From Candidatus Saccharimonadota bacterium (GTDB lineage: Bacteria; Pseudomonadota; Gammaproteobacteria; Enterobacterales; Enterobacteriaceae): a stretch of DNA of 8,443 bases. The DNA lies in NCBI RefSeq assembly GCF_012571345.1, contig NZ_CP046218.1:32412-40854 (forward strand), written 5' to 3'. The position numbers and the translations under genes are program-made. The notes beneath the pieces were generated by a model. It was not told the DNA's origin, ran no database searches, and saw nothing but the letters and a program-made list of their open reading frames with translations. Positions 6,598-8,443 of the stretch are shown in pieces; the first letter of the stretch is position 1, and each line of letters starts with the position of its first letter.

Positions 6598-7830
6598 ATG
6601 TTAAATAATAATCATACTGATAAAAAATTATGGCATATTATCAATAAAGAAAATATACGTCAAAAAAATAATATTATATTAATTGCATCTGAAAATTATG
6701 TTTCACAAGAAATTATGGATATACAAGGAACACAATTAACAAATAAATATGCTGAAGGATATGTTAATGCAAGATATTATGGCGGTTGTAAATATATTGA
6801 TCAAATTGAACAATTAGCTATTCAACGAGCAAAAAAATTATTTAAAGTTGATTATGTTAATGTGCAACCTCATTCTGGTTCACAAGCTAATTTCGCAGTA
6901 TATCATGCTTTACTATCTCCAGGAGATACTATTATGGGATTATCATGTTCACATGGTGGACATTTAACTCATGGTGCTAAAGTAAATTTCTCTGGACAAA
7001 TATACAATAGTATTTTTTATCATACTGACCATACAGGTCATATTAATTATGAAGATATATTACGATTAGCTCTAAAATACAAACCTAAGATGATTATTGG
7101 AGGATTTACATCATATTCCGGATTATGTCGTTGGAATAAAATCCGAGAAATTGCGGATATCATACAAGCTTATTTTTTAGTAGATATATCACATATTGCT
7201 GGATTAGTTGTAACGGGATTATATCCTAATCCATTACCTTATGCACATGTTGTAACTAGTACTACACATAAAACTTTAACAGGACCTAGAGGTGGATTAA
7301 TATTATCTATGATACAAAATCAATATTTATTTCATAAATTAGATAAGGGCGTATTTCCTGGTAGTCAAGGAGGCCCATTAATGCATGTAATAGCTGCTAA
7401 AGCCTGTGCATTTAGAGAAGCATTACAACCATCATTTATTTTATATCAAAAACAAATATTAAAAAATGCAAAAGTTATGGTTAAAATTTTTAAAAAAAGA
7501 AAATTTAATATTGTTCATAATATAACTTATAATCATCTATTCGTGATCGATCTTACTAATAAAAATATCACAGGAGTAGAAGCTGAAAAACTTTTAGAAA
7601 ATTATAACATTATTGTTAATAAAAATTTAATTCCTGATGATACGCATACAGCTATGATTACTTCAGGTATTAGAATAGGTACTCCTGCTATTACAAAAAG
7701 AGGTTTTAAAATAAAAGAAGTCATATTGCTTACTCATTGGATTGCTGATATTATTGATAATAAAACAACATATTTGATTAATATCAAAAATAATATTATA
7801 AATTTATGTAAAAAATATCCTATATATTAG
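6598..7830 (+). CDS. glyA: serine hydroxymethyltransferase
   Basis: 410-aa ORF with LIASENY, QLTNKYAEGY, RYYGGC, VQPHSGSQANFAVY and HGGHLTHG. The PLP-lysine lies in TSTTHKTL (Lys codon 7270-7272). VFPGSQGGPLMHVIAAKA and TSGIRIGTPAITKRGF are also present. Confidence 0.97.
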   Translation: MLNNNHTDKKLWHIINKENIRQKNNIILIASENYVSQEIMDIQGTQLTNKYAEGYVNARYYGGCKYIDQIEQLAIQRAKKLFKVDYVNVQPHSGSQANFAVYHALLSPGDTIMGLSCSHGGHLTHGAKVNFSGQIYNSIFYHTDHTGHINYEDILRLALKYKPKMIIGGFTSYSGLCRWNKIREIADIIQAYFLVDISHIAGLVVTGLYPNPLPYAHVVTSTTHKTLTGPRGGLILSMIQNQYLFHKLDKGVFPGSQGGPLMHVIAAKACAFREALQPSFILYQKQILKNAKVMVKIFKKRKFNIVHNITYNHLFVIDLTNKNITGVEAEKLLENYNIIVNKNLIPDDTHTAMITSGIRIGTPAITKRGFKIKEVILLTHWIADIIDNKTTYLINIKNNIINLCKKYPIY

Positions 7831-7850
7831 CGTAAAATTAATTTGATGCA

Positions 7851-7855
7851 AGGAG
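7851..7855 (+). promoter_or_regulatory. Shine-Dalgarno sequence (AAGGAG core AGGAG) for yajL
   Basis: AGGAG at 7851-7855 sits 10 nt upstream of the ATG at 7866. It is the best anti-SD match in the window. Confidence 0.7.
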
Positions 7856-7865
7856 AAAATATAGT

Positions 7866-8423
7866 ATGTCACAATATTCTGTTGTACTTTGTGTTACTGA
7901 TGGTGTAGAAGATATTGAAGCGGTGACTTCAATTGATATTTTAACAAGAAGTAAAATCAATGTGATAACAATAAGTACAAATAATCAACATAAAATTAAA
8001 TGTGCTTATGGTACAAATTTATATATTGATATTTTATTAAAAAATTATCAAGTGCAAAATAACCATATTGCTATTATTTTACCTGGAGGGTTGCAAGCAG
8101 CAGAACATTTTGCAACAAATCATATGTTGTTATCTTATATTAAATTGTTTAAAAAAACACAACGGATTATAGGTGCAATATGTGCTACGCCAGCTATATT
8201 TTTAGCAACACATAATATATTTACTACAGCAAAAATGACAAGTTATGTTGGTTTAAAAAACTTAGTACCCGATATACAGTGGTTAGATAAACCAGTTGTA
8301 TGGGATGAACAAAACAAATTACTAACTGCACAAAGTGTGAAACATGCTATTAATTTTAATTTAAAATTAGTAAGTATTATATTAAATAATAATATTGCAT
8401 CTAATATTCAATCGGTATTATAA
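7866..8423 (+). CDS. yajL: DJ-1/PfpI-family protein, YajL (ThiJ)-like protein/nucleotide deglycase
   Basis: 185-aa ORF collinear with E. coli YajL as I recall it. It has GVEDIEAVTSIDILTR, ILPGG, the nucleophile-elbow Cys in GAICATP (Cys106, codon 8181-8183) and QWLDKPVVWD. A strong AGGAG lies 10 nt upstream. Confidence 0.85.
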   Translation: MSQYSVVLCVTDGVEDIEAVTSIDILTRSKINVITISTNNQHKIKCAYGTNLYIDILLKNYQVQNNHIAIILPGGLQAAEHFATNHMLLSYIKLFKKTQRIIGAICATPAIFLATHNIFTTAKMTSYVGLKNLVPDIQWLDKPVVWDEQNKLLTAQSVKHAINFNLKLVSIILNNNIASNIQSVL

Positions 8424-8443
8424 CTATATTATATATTTTAACA

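Noticed and set aside
1-8443. Alternative genetic code (UGA read as Trp), as in some extremely reduced symbionts
   Set aside because: All eight genes translate at the expected orthologue lengths under the standard code. Trp is encoded by TGG at conserved positions, for example YW in TadA and QWLD in YajL. All seven stop codons present in the window are TAA or TAG.

Overview
The window is very AT-rich (about 20-25% G+C, estimated by eye, not computed). It is tightly packed with housekeeping genes and looks like a strongly reduced gammaproteobacterial (Enterobacterales-derived) obligate insect endosymbiont of the Buchnera/Wigglesworthia/Blochmannia type. I cannot assign the organism from sequence alone. 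It holds eight protein genes in two divergent blocks. On the minus strand are cysS (5' part only; the gene continues beyond position 1), dnaB, dusA, der and hisS. On the plus strand are tadA, glyA and a YajL/DJ-1-family gene. All seven complete ORFs are full length under the standard code, keep their catalytic motifs, and end in TAA or TAG. I see no tRNA, rRNA, CRISPR array, mobile element, defence system, toxin-antitoxin pair or orphan gene. I therefore find no evidence of a novel biological system here. What merits a second look are signs of genome reduction. These are collapsed and rearranged ancestral gene neighbourhoods, a 12-nt slippage-prone homopolymer inside dnaB, a substitution of the switch II glycine in GTPase domain 1 of Der plus loss of Der's acidic linker and basic tail, uneven Shine-Dalgarno retention, and a 207-bp divergent spacer at the strand switch. 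Comparisons with E. coli K-12 sequences and gene order are from memory and need confirmation by alignment.
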